From the NCBI GenBank assembly GCA_052035405.1, contig JBPOHQ010000007.1, positions 12,292 to 76,291 of the forward strand: a stretch of DNA of 64,000 nucleotides. The letters run 5' to 3'. The position numbers and the translations under genes were made by a program. Of the stretch, positions 14,728 to 23,877 are shown one piece after another (within the stretch, counting starts at the first letter, position 1; the number at the start of each line of letters is the position of its first letter). This stretch comes from Candidatus Nomurabacteria bacterium. Lineage in GTDB: Bacteria; Patescibacteriota; Minisyncoccia; Phycocordibacterales; UBA9973. The notes under the pieces are model-generated. The model was not told the DNA's origin, made no database searches, and was given only the letters and a program-made list of their open reading frames with translations.

Positions 14728-15819
14728 ATGAAATACATGAATAAACATACGTATATACTTATTATGGCTGGGGGAGCTGGGACAAGGCTGTATCCTAGGT
14801 CTACGGAAGCTTTACCGAAACAATTTCAAAAGATTGTAGGAGAGAAGACCCTCATAGAACAAACTTATGATAGAGCTGTAAAAATAGTAGATAAGAACCA
14901 TATCTATGTATCTTCAAATCATATCTATCATCATTTAATTAAAAAATACTTACCAGACATTCCTGAAAACAATTATATTACTGAACCTGTAAAGAAAAAC
15001 ACCGGACCAGCTATAGCATTAGCCACGGCTATTATTTACAAAAAAGATTCCAAGGCTATTATTATCTCTTTACACTCAGATCATTTAGTAGTAAAAGATG
15101 AAGAGTTTAAAAATAGCATCATTGCTGGTGTTACTGTTGTTGAAAAAAATCCTGAGAATATTTTATGTATTGGTATAACTCCTACGTCTCCGCATACTGG
15201 TTTTGGATATATTGAAAATAGTAAAAAATTTACAAGAGAAGAATCATATACTGTTTACAACGCGAAACGTTTTGTTGAAAAACCAAACTTAGAAACAGCA
15301 AAAAAATATTTAGCATCAGGTAAATTTTTTTGGAATGCAGGATATTTCATTTGGCAGGCAAAGCATTTTTTAAATGAGTTAAAACAGTTTGGTCCCGAAA
15401 TTTCAAAGGGTGTGAATAAAATTATCAATACGAGAGACAGAGCATCTTTTAAAAAAGTGCTAGATAAGGAGTTTGTCAATTTTAAAGAAATATCCATAGA
15501 TAACTTGATAATGGAAAAGACAAAAAATTTACTTGTCTTGCCTGTGGATATGGGTTGGTCTGATGTCGGTAGTTGGGATGTGGTGGTAAATATGGTAGAT
15601 AATCAATTAAAGGATATGTATGGTAATTACACGGAAGGGACAGCTATTCATATAGATACCCATAATACAACCATCTTATCTCATGATCATACCAAGATTA
15701 TTGCAACAGTAGGGTTAGATAATTTTATAGTTATAACTACCGAGGAGGCTATTGTAATAATTCCTAAAGGAAGAAGTGAGGATGTTAAAAAGGTAGTAGA
15801 GAAGATGAAAAAGACTTAA
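14728..15819 (+). CDS. manC: Mannose-1-phosphate guanylyltransferase (ManC/GMP); the track ORF starts at 14638, but 14728 avoids overlap with the kinase
   Basis: ILIMAGGAGTRLYPRS...LPKQF nucleotidyltransferase motif. Confidence 0.75.
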   Translation: MKYMNKHTYILIMAGGAGTRLYPRSTEALPKQFQKIVGEKTLIEQTYDRAVKIVDKNHIYVSSNHIYHHLIKKYLPDIPENNYITEPVKKNTGPAIALATAIIYKKDSKAIIISLHSDHLVVKDEEFKNSIIAGVTVVEKNPENILCIGITPTSPHTGFGYIENSKKFTREESYTVYNAKRFVEKPNLETAKKYLASGKFFWNAGYFIWQAKHFLNELKQFGPEISKGVNKIINTRDRASFKKVLDKEFVNFKEISIDNLIMEKTKNLLVLPVDMGWSDVGSWDVVVNMVDNQLKDMYGNYTEGTAIHIDTHNTTILSHDHTKIIATVGLDNFIVITTEEAIVIIPKGRSEDVKKVVEKMKKT

Positions 15820-15877
15820 AGAAGGTTCTTGTGTAGAATCTTCTTAAGAGTATAATATGAGTAACTATTATATATAG

Positions 15878-17230
15878 GTGCTTTTAACTTTATATAGAGA
15901 AATGCCCAAAAAACAAAAGATACAGGGAAAAATAAAAAAAGTTTCAGTCTTAAACAAGAAATCCACAAAGACCCTAAAAAAGCCTCAAATGAAAACACCT
16001 GTAAAAAATAAAAAAACTATTTCATTAAAAAAAACAACTAAAAAAAACACAGGCAAGTTCCTTAAAAAGAAAACCGTAGTCAAAGTTAAAAAAGTAGTGG
16101 CTAAAATTATAAAAAAAATTTCTGCACAGAAGGGTTCTAAGAAGATACTAAAAAAGAAGATAGTTAAAATTTCAAAGAAAAAAGTTGAAGATGTTTTACC
16201 AAAAGAAGGAATCAAATTAAGTAGGGCATATGCGAATCCTATTATCGAACCACGACTGTACTCTTGGGAATCAAAAGCTACGTTTAATCCAACTGCTTTT
16301 TTTTCAAATGGAAAAATACACCTCATCTACCGTGCTGTAGGCTGGGATGATATTTCCGTTTTAGGATATGCCTCTAGTTTTAATGGGTATAAGATTGAAG
16401 AACGTCCCCCATATCACATATATAGAAGATTCTCAAAAACAGAACCAATAGGACCAAAATTAGATTATGGATCTGGTGGTGGGTGGTCTGGAGGTTGTGA
16501 AGATCCTCGAATCACCCTTGTCGGAGATAGATTGTATATGTTATACACTGCCTTTGATGGTTGGAGTTCAGTACGTATTGCTTTGACCTCAATATCTTTA
16601 GAAGATTTTAGAAAACATCGCTGGGATAAATGGGAACACCCTGTCCTCATTTCTCCTCCAGGGGAAATAAATAAAAATTGGGTTATTTTTCCAGAGAAAA
16701 TAAATGGAAAGTTTGCCATTATGCACAGTTTTTACCCTAATATTTTAATTGACTATTTTGACACCTTGGATCATTTTGATGGCAAAACAAAATTTATCAA
16801 GAGTAATAATACCCGACCAGTAGATAAGACTCGAGGTTGGGATAGTTGGTTTCGTGGTGTCGGTCCGGCTCCCATGAGAATAAAAGAAGGTTGGCTCGTC
16901 TTGTATCATGCTATGGATCATAAAAATCCTGATAGATATAAAATGGGTGCACTCATACTCGACGGCAAGGATCCAACAAAAATTTTATATAGATCATCGC
17001 ACCCTATCTTGGAACCCGAAGCTCATTATGAGAATGAAGGGCATAAGTGGGGAGTGGTATATTCTTGCGGTGCAATTATAAAAGACGGAAGACTTTTTGT
17101 ATACTATGGAGGAGCTGATACGGTAGTTTGTGTTGCTTCGATTCCAGTAGCTGAATTAGTAGACCACCTGAAGAAAAATAAAGTAATAAAATTACAAAAC
17201 GATAAAATAGTAAAAACAAAAACAAAATAA
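15878..17230 (+). CDS. GH130 glycoside phosphorylase (beta-mannoside phosphorylase family) with an ~100-aa N-terminal Lys-rich tail
   Basis: GCEDPRITLVGDRLYMLYTAFDG GH130 signature; N-terminal KKxK repeats. Confidence 0.7.
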   Translation: MLLTLYREMPKKQKIQGKIKKVSVLNKKSTKTLKKPQMKTPVKNKKTISLKKTTKKNTGKFLKKKTVVKVKKVVAKIIKKISAQKGSKKILKKKIVKISKKKVEDVLPKEGIKLSRAYANPIIEPRLYSWESKATFNPTAFFSNGKIHLIYRAVGWDDISVLGYASSFNGYKIEERPPYHIYRRFSKTEPIGPKLDYGSGGGWSGGCEDPRITLVGDRLYMLYTAFDGWSSVRIALTSISLEDFRKHRWDKWEHPVLISPPGEINKNWVIFPEKINGKFAIMHSFYPNILIDYFDTLDHFDGKTKFIKSNNTRPVDKTRGWDSWFRGVGPAPMRIKEGWLVLYHAMDHKNPDRYKMGALILDGKDPTKILYRSSHPILEPEAHYENEGHKWGVVYSCGAIIKDGRLFVYYGGADTVVCVASIPVAELVDHLKKNKVIKLQNDKIVKTKTK

Positions 17231-17235
17231 AAAAT

Positions 17236-19167
17236 ATGTACGTAGCAAAAAGATCACAAAAAAATCCACTGATTGTTCCAAACAAAAATCATTACTGGGA
17301 AGAGTTTGCAACATTTAATGTGTGTCCAATAAAGAAAGGTGCTACTGTGTATGGTTTGTATCGAGCAATATCCGCATCAGATCAAATGCGTACCCCACAC
17401 CAAGTTTCTGTGATTGGTATTACAAAGAGTAAAGATGGGGAAAATTTTGGTGAGACAGATACTTTTATTATTCCAGAAAAAGAATGGGAACAATATGGTT
17501 GTGAAGATCCACGTGTCACGTATTTTGAGGGTAAATTTTATATTTTTTATACTGCATTATCCAAATATCCTCTTGGACCGGAAGGTATTAAGGTGGCTGT
17601 TGCTATCTCGAAAGATCTCAAAAAAGTAGAAAGTAGGCACTTTGTTACACCATTCAACGCAAAAGCAATGACCCTTTTCCCAGAGAGAATAAACGGGAAA
17701 ATTGTGGTTATGTTTTCAGCTCACACAGACATGCCTCCAGCAAAGATGGTTTTTGCTTATTTAGATAAAATCGAAGAATTATGGTCACCAATTTTTTGGG
17801 AAAAATGGAGTGAGAACATAAATAGTCACATTATCGATCCTCGACGGAATCCCTATGATCATGTCGAGGTTGGTGCTCCACCATTAAAGACAAGATATGG
17901 TTGGCTGCTTGTTTATTCTCATATACAGAACTATTTTCCAAATCCGGACAAACTAGCTCCAATCTTCGGTATCGAAGCAATTCTATTGGATTTAAAAGAC
18001 CCGACTAAAATAATAGGTCATACTCGAGGACCTATATTAGTACCGGAAGAACAATACGAGTTGTCTGGTTATATTGCTAATGTTATTTTTCCAAGTGGAG
18101 CACTTATTGAAAAAGATACGTTAAAGATTTATTACGGAGCGGCAGATACAACTTCTTGTATGGCAAGAGTAAACCTTACAGATCTTATTTACAGCATGCA
18201 TTATAGATATGCAGATACTTATCGTTTTAAAAGATTTTTAGGTAACCCTATAATTGCTCCAAAACCAGAAAACCCTTTTGAGTCAAAGGCCACATTTAAT
18301 CCAGCATCAGTAACCATAGGTGATAAGATTTATATTCTTTATCGAACTTTATCTGAAGACAACACTTCTACTATCGGTCTTGCTGTCACAAAGAACGGTT
18401 ACGATATCATAGAAAGACTCGATAAACCTATTTATGTACCAAGAGAGGATTTTGAAATAAAAAAGATTCCTAATGCAAATTCTGGTTGTGAAGATCCACG
18501 ATTAACGAAGATAGGCAATAAAATTTATATGTGCTATACAGCTTTTGATTCATATGGACCACCAAGAGTTGCTATCACTTCAATTTTAGAAAAAGATTTA
18601 GTTGCAAGGAATTTTAATTGGGCTAAGCCATTTTTAATTACTCCTGGAGATTTAGATGATAAAGATACGTGTATTTTGCCGGAAAAATTTAAAGATGGAT
18701 ATTTTGTTTTACATAGAATAAATAGCATGATTTGTGGTGATTATCTTAGTTCTCTTGAGTTTAACTCTGAACCTGTTAAAAAATGTTTGAGAATTTTAGG
18801 CCCCCGAATAAATACTTGGGATAGTCTCAAGGTGGGTATCGCATGTCCTCCTATAAAGACCAAAAAAGGCTGGTTGCTCTTATATCATGGCGTTTCAAAG
18901 AGTCATAGTACATACAGAGTAGGTGCAGTACTTCTCGATCTAAAAGATCCTGCAATAGTTCTTGCTCGAGGTAGTGAGCCAATCTTTGAACCAGAAGAAC
19001 AATATGAAAAGATTGGTATAGTAAATAATGTAGTTTTCCCTTGTGGTATGGAGGTTAAAAAAGATTTACTATTCATCTATTATGGTGGAGCAGATAGGGT
19101 TGTCGGTGTTGCCACGATGAAACTCGACATTATCCTTAAGACTCTCACAAACAGTATAAAATACTAG
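17236..19167 (+). CDS. Tandem double GH130 domain protein
   Basis: Two copies of the GCEDPR(V/L)T...Y(I/M)xYTA motif. Confidence 0.7.
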   Translation: MYVAKRSQKNPLIVPNKNHYWEEFATFNVCPIKKGATVYGLYRAISASDQMRTPHQVSVIGITKSKDGENFGETDTFIIPEKEWEQYGCEDPRVTYFEGKFYIFYTALSKYPLGPEGIKVAVAISKDLKKVESRHFVTPFNAKAMTLFPERINGKIVVMFSAHTDMPPAKMVFAYLDKIEELWSPIFWEKWSENINSHIIDPRRNPYDHVEVGAPPLKTRYGWLLVYSHIQNYFPNPDKLAPIFGIEAILLDLKDPTKIIGHTRGPILVPEEQYELSGYIANVIFPSGALIEKDTLKIYYGAADTTSCMARVNLTDLIYSMHYRYADTYRFKRFLGNPIIAPKPENPFESKATFNPASVTIGDKIYILYRTLSEDNTSTIGLAVTKNGYDIIERLDKPIYVPREDFEIKKIPNANSGCEDPRLTKIGNKIYMCYTAFDSYGPPRVAITSILEKDLVARNFNWAKPFLITPGDLDDKDTCILPEKFKDGYFVLHRINSMICGDYLSSLEFNSEPVKKCLRILGPRINTWDSLKVGIACPPIKTKKGWLLLYHGVSKSHSTYRVGAVLLDLKDPAIVLARGSEPIFEPEEQYEKIGIVNNVVFPCGMEVKKDLLFIYYGGADRVVGVATMKLDIILKTLTNSIKY

Positions 19168-19196
19168 GCACTGCTCTAATATGGTATAATGGATAC

Positions 19197-19607
19197 ATGC
19201 AAATAAAACTTGTATCTAAAAATTTAGAGTTAACGCAAGCGATAAAAGATTATGCAGAAAAGCGAGTTACCAACTTAGGTAAATTATTAACTAAGATAGA
19301 AGAAAAAGGAGGAGAAGTAAAAGTAAATTTCGAATTATCAAAAAGCACTAAACACCACAAGCAAGGAGAGGTATTTCATTCTGATTGTACGGTTAATGTT
19401 GATGGAAAGAATTTTTATTTGAGTGTAGACAAGGGAGATATCTATGAAGCGATAGATGCGGTAAAAGACGGTTTATTTAAAGAAATAAATAAAGAAAAAG
19501 ACAAGAAACAAACATTGTATAAAAGGGGAGCGAAGAGTGTTAAAAAAATGATGAAAGGTCTCTCGAAGAGAAATCCTCAAACAGGAACATATAACAAAAA
19601 GAAATAA
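19197..19607 (+). CDS. hpf: Ribosome hibernation-promoting factor (HPF/RaiA, sigma54-modulation protein family)
   Basis: MQIKLVSKNLELTQAIKDYAEKRV... Confidence 0.8.
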   Translation: MQIKLVSKNLELTQAIKDYAEKRVTNLGKLLTKIEEKGGEVKVNFELSKSTKHHKQGEVFHSDCTVNVDGKNFYLSVDKGDIYEAIDAVKDGLFKEINKEKDKKQTLYKRGAKSVKKMMKGLSKRNPQTGTYNKKK

Positions 19608-19610
19608 ATA

Positions 19611-19640
19611 AAATCCCCTCAACGAGGGGATTTTATTTTG
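19611..19640. terminator. Bidirectional terminator between hpf and fmt (aaaatcccctc-aacg-gaggggatttt, A/T flanks)
   Basis: 9-bp GC-rich stem with an A-run upstream and a T-run downstream. Confidence 0.65.
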
Positions 19641-20475
19641 AGTTAAATTCTTGCCATGTTATTTCCTTTTTTCCTTCGGGGATAACTTTTTTTATTACAA
19701 ATTTTTCATCTTCTAAACTAGCGTCACTGATGATAATTCGTTTTCCTTCTTTGAAATAAAATATACGAGGCCAGTGAGCATAGGCACGGAATTTATTATA
19801 AAGGACTTCAGGATCTTCTTTTAGTATATCCACCAAACCATCTTCTTTTTTTATCTTTTTACAGTAAGTAGCCCCCTCTTCTTCTTGCATTGTTGGTTGT
19901 AGTTTGCCGTCTAAAAAATCAGGCAGCATTTTTACTAGTAAACTACCTCCAATTTTTATTAATCTTTTTCTAAGCTCTTGAGCTTTTTCGTCTTTACCTA
20001 TTTCTACTTTTTCGAGTGCTATTACTGGACCAGTGTCCATTTTATATTCCATTTGTTGTATGGTGATACCAGTTACTTTGTCTCCGTTGAGCACTGCAGA
20101 TTCGACAGGGGACGCTCCACGCCATCTAGGGAGTATAGAATAATGTATATTAATAGATCCTAGACGAGGCATTTTTATGATTTCTTCGGACATGATTTTC
20201 CCATAAGCTACTACAATAAAAAGGTCAGAGTTTAGAGACTTTAGTTTTTCTGTTATTTCCGTGTTTAATTTTTCTGGTTGAATATATGGAATATTATTTT
20301 CTTCTGCCCACACTTTAACCAAAGGTGGTGTAAGAATCATTTTCCTTCCTTGTGGTCGGTCTGGAGATGTAACAATAAAAGAAGGGGTGTATCCATTTTC
20401 TTTTAAAATATCTAAAGTTTCTTTTGATACATCACCGGTACCAAAAAATACAAATTGTAAATTGTTTGTCTGCAT
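19633..20475 (-). CDS. fmt: Methionyl-tRNA formyltransferase
   Basis: Formyl-transferase N-terminal domain ...INIHYSILPRWRGASPV... Confidence 0.85.
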   Translation of the reverse strand: MQTNNLQFVFFGTGDVSKETLDILKENGYTPSFIVTSPDRPQGRKMILTPPLVKVWAEENNIPYIQPEKLNTEITEKLKSLNSDLFIVVAYGKIMSEEIIKMPRLGSINIHYSILPRWRGASPVESAVLNGDKVTGITIQQMEYKMDTGPVIALEKVEIGKDEKAQELRKRLIKIGGSLLVKMLPDFLDGKLQPTMQEEEGATYCKKIKKEDGLVDILKEDPEVLYNKFRAYAHWPRIFYFKEGKRIIISDASLEDEKFVIKKVIPEGKKEITWQEFNSK

Positions 20476-20478
20476 GAA

Positions 20479-21051
20479 TTATTCTTTTTCGTAGCCTGGG
20501 ATCTCTTCTTCACGTAAATCTTTTGCGTGATCAATGAAAAGAATACCATTTAAATGATCTGTCTCATGTTGAAATATTTGAGCAAGGAGACCACTTCCTC
20601 CACGAATAAATTTCTTACCAGTTTCGTCGTACGCTTCTACTGTAGCTTTCTTAGATCGATAGGTTTTTCCATAAATAGGACGAACTGAGAGACACCCTTC
20701 AGGCATCCACTCTTTATCACGGGACAGTTTTGAAATTTTCGGATTGATAAACACTATATCTTTAGTTTTGTTTTTAACTTTCACCACTTCTCCCATTTCT
20801 GTTTCTTTGCTCATCCTTTCTTTTCTGTTCTCTAGAAAATCCTCTTCAAATATTTTTCCAGACACTACAAAAATACGGAGAGAATATCCAATCTGAGGAG
20901 CGGCAATAGCTACGCCATCGTCTTGACTTTTTAAAGAACCAGACATTTCCTTTAATATCTTTTGAATTTTTGGAGTTTTGATCTCGTCGACAGGTATTTC
21001 TTTTGCGACTTGATGCAAAACTGCTTCCTCCTTTTGAAGAATTTTCTTCAT
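20479..21051 (-). CDS. def: Peptide deformylase
   Basis: GVAIAAPQIG, EGCLS, QHETDHLNG motifs. Confidence 0.85.
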   Translation of the reverse strand: MKKILQKEEAVLHQVAKEIPVDEIKTPKIQKILKEMSGSLKSQDDGVAIAAPQIGYSLRIFVVSGKIFEEDFLENRKERMSKETEMGEVVKVKNKTKDIVFINPKISKLSRDKEWMPEGCLSVRPIYGKTYRSKKATVEAYDETGKKFIRGGSGLLAQIFQHETDHLNGILFIDHAKDLREEEIPGYEKE

Positions 21052-21060
21052 TGTTTTTAT

Positions 21061-22368
21061 TTATTTTAACTCTTTTAAGTGTTCGAGGAGTTTGCTTAGT
21101 TTAACTGTGTTTTGGGACCTATTAGACATATCTCTTACTATGACAGTGTTGTCTATTGCTTCTTTTGCACCAAAGATGAGTGCATAAGGAACTGCTAATT
21201 TTTCAGCTATAGCGAGTTGAGCACCAAGAGAATCTTTTGAGAGGGATTGAGCTATTGGTATGTGTGCTTTACGGAGAATCTCTATCACATTGAGACTTTT
21301 AAGTTTGGCTTCACTTCCTAATTGGATAAAGTATATCTTTGGTTTTTTCATGATTCGTGGAGCAAGTTTTTTGTACCAAGGAGAAGCGACAATACGGTCT
21401 ACGCCGATTGCCATCCCTACTGCTGGAACATCTTTCTTTCCACCGACTTGTTTTGCGAGATAGTCATAGCGTCCACCTCCGGCAATTGATAGAGGTGTAC
21501 CATCTTCACCACCTTTTTCTTCTATAACTTCAAATACTGTACGAGTATAGTAAGCGAGTCCTCGAACGAGATTTTTATTAATATTGTACTGGATACCCAT
21601 TTCTTCTAAGTATTCCAACACCTCCTTAAAGTGTTTCTTGCAAGATGGGCATAGGAAACTAATAGAGTCTGGTGCTCCTTCGTTGATTTCTTTTGTTTTC
21701 TCTTCTTTTGAATCAAGAATTCTAAGAGGATTTGTCTTTAATCTTTCTTTGTCTATCGCGGGGAGGGCAGAGAGATTCTTTTTATAGTAGTTTGTTAGTT
21801 CTTTGAGGTATCCGTTACGGCATTCTTTGTCCCCAATTGAATTTATATCAATAGAAAGATTCTCTGCACCAGCTTCTTCGAGAATACTCATACCTGCCTT
21901 TATTACAAGTGCGTCCATGATACTTTTATCACTACCTAATGCATCTAGGTCAAATTGATAAAATTGTCGGTAACGTCCGCGTTGAGGTTTATCATGTCTA
22001 AAAGATGGGCCGTATTGATAGAACAACACTGGTTGAGGGAGAGATTGCATCCCGTGTTCTATGTATGCACGCATTAAAGATCCAGTGTGTTCAGGTCGGA
22101 GTGCAAGCACATCGCCACCTTTTGTCTTTAGAATATACATTTCTTTATCTACTATATCTGTACCATCTCCTACACCACGAGAAAAAACTTCTTCGTGTTC
22201 CATCATTGGGGTCTCGATAGGTTTAAATCCGTAGTACACAGCGACTTCTTGAGCTTTCTCAAAGAAACCTTGGAAACTGTAGTATTCTTCATTTTTTATA
22301 TCACGCATTCCTTTTGGAGATGCGACTTCTCTCGCTTTATTTTCTTTTTTAGGTGTTGTTTTACTCAT
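21061..22368 (-). CDS. hisS: Histidyl-tRNA synthetase (native copy)
   Basis: Class II motif 2 FRHDKPQRGRYRQFYQ; C-terminal anticodon-binding domain. Confidence 0.9.
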   Translation of the reverse strand: MSKTTPKKENKAREVASPKGMRDIKNEEYYSFQGFFEKAQEVAVYYGFKPIETPMMEHEEVFSRGVGDGTDIVDKEMYILKTKGGDVLALRPEHTGSLMRAYIEHGMQSLPQPVLFYQYGPSFRHDKPQRGRYRQFYQFDLDALGSDKSIMDALVIKAGMSILEEAGAENLSIDINSIGDKECRNGYLKELTNYYKKNLSALPAIDKERLKTNPLRILDSKEEKTKEINEGAPDSISFLCPSCKKHFKEVLEYLEEMGIQYNINKNLVRGLAYYTRTVFEVIEEKGGEDGTPLSIAGGGRYDYLAKQVGGKKDVPAVGMAIGVDRIVASPWYKKLAPRIMKKPKIYFIQLGSEAKLKSLNVIEILRKAHIPIAQSLSKDSLGAQLAIAEKLAVPYALIFGAKEAIDNTVIVRDMSNRSQNTVKLSKLLEHLKELK

Positions 22369-22372
22369 ATAT

Positions 22373-22957
22373 TTAGTTCACTTGTTTATAATCTCCTGGA
22401 GCATAGCTTAATGTATTTATTGGTAATAGTCTCAAGAAAGTCTTTCCTATAAATAAATTTCGATGCACTGGACCCCAATATCGTGAATCTGAGCTTGCTG
22501 ATCTATTGTCTCCCATTACGAAGTATTCATCGTCTTTAAGTTCAGAAGTTAAACTATTGTTAGAAATGTTTTTTACATACGGTTCTTCTAAGATAAATCC
22601 ATCAGGATGGGCCGCATTGATAATCTTGATAGTGCTTCCTTCGATGACTACTTTTTCATGAGGTAGACCAATGACTCTTTTAATAAAGAATTTTTTAGTA
22701 TCATTTGGGTATCTGAAAACAACCACATCACCTCTTTGTGGATCACCTAATCTGTAAGAAAGTTCGTTTATTATCAAATATTCTCCATTTTCAAAAGTGG
22801 GTACCATAGATGAACCGGACACAACGAAAGGCTGAGCAATAAAAACTCGAATAGGTACAACTATAATTATAGCTAAGGCTGCAAACTTTACGAGCTCCCA
22901 AAAAGACTGGGAGTTTGATTGTTTTTGTTCTATTTCCATCCAAATACTATACCACAA
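22373..22957 (-). CDS. lepB: Signal peptidase I
   Basis: SGSSMVPTF...GDNRSASSDSRYWG boxes. Confidence 0.85.
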   Translation of the reverse strand: MWYSIWMEIEQKQSNSQSFWELVKFAALAIIIVVPIRVFIAQPFVVSGSSMVPTFENGEYLIINELSYRLGDPQRGDVVVFRYPNDTKKFFIKRVIGLPHEKVVIEGSTIKIINAAHPDGFILEEPYVKNISNNSLTSELKDDEYFVMGDNRSASSDSRYWGPVHRNLFIGKTFLRLLPINTLSYAPGDYKQVN

Positions 22958-23039
22958 AAAACCCTTGACGTAACTATATTTATCATTGTCTAATCATATT
23001 TTGTCAGATGTGTCTATTTAATTTTGTTATCATTAAAAC

Positions 23040-23576
23040 ATGAAACTAATAATAGGGCTTGGGAATCCAGGAACAGAATATGAAAAGACGCGACACAATG
23101 CTGGACGTATTATTGTCGGTCTTATAGAAAAAAAATTAGAAGAAAAAAATATTAAAGCTCTTAAATTTTTAACACCAGATACGTTCATGAATAACTCGGG
23201 GAAGGCTGTCGCTCCATTTATAAAATCTAAAAAAGATTTGAGTGAGCTCATTGTCATATACGATGATATAGATTTACCTATGGGTAAAATGAAGATTTCT
23301 TTTAATCGCTCCAGTGGGGGACATAATGGAGTAGAGTCTATAATAAAACACGTGAAGAGTCAGGAATTTTTGAGGATTAGAATAGGCATCTGTCCTACAA
23401 CTCCAACAGGTAAAAACAAAAAACCAAAAGGGGAGGAAAAGGTCCTTAAGTTTTTGCTTGGTGAATTTAAGAAAGATGAGCTTGATGAACTTAAAAAATT
23501 ATCTAAAAAGATAGTAGAAGCTGTAGTCACTATTTATACTGAAAGCAAAGAAAAAGCTATGAGTTTGTATAATTAA
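23040..23576 (+). CDS. pth: Peptidyl-tRNA hydrolase
   Basis: MKLIIGLGNPGTEYEKTRHNAGRII. Confidence 0.85.
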   Translation: MKLIIGLGNPGTEYEKTRHNAGRIIVGLIEKKLEEKNIKALKFLTPDTFMNNSGKAVAPFIKSKKDLSELIVIYDDIDLPMGKMKISFNRSSGGHNGVESIIKHVKSQEFLRIRIGICPTTPTGKNKKPKGEEKVLKFLLGEFKKDELDELKKLSKKIVEAVVTIYTESKEKAMSLYN

Positions 23577-23853
23577 GCAGGATAATCTACTGCTATTTTG
23601 TTTTTACCTCGCATGTGTTAATCTAATTTCAAATTCTTTTTATGGATAAATTCTTTAAAGAGCTCCTGTTTATGTGGGAGACAATTGGAGATTTTTTTTC
23701 TGGAAACCTTGTCTGGGTTTCTGGGGGTGCATTTTTTAGGAGCATTATCCTAAATTTTGCATTATTTACCCTAATAAAATATTTATTAGGTTGAACGGAT
23801 TGCCTGCATTCTGAAAAAAGCAGGTGAGCTCGGCGTCTCTAACGTCTACAAAC

Positions 23854-23877
23854 AACCCATCTCAAAAGATGGGTTTT
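23854..23877. terminator. Hairpin aacccatct-caaa-agatgggtt overlapping the dnaE stop codon; possible bidirectional terminator
   Basis: 9-bp perfect stem; T-run on the + side, UUUGU on the - side. Confidence 0.4.
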
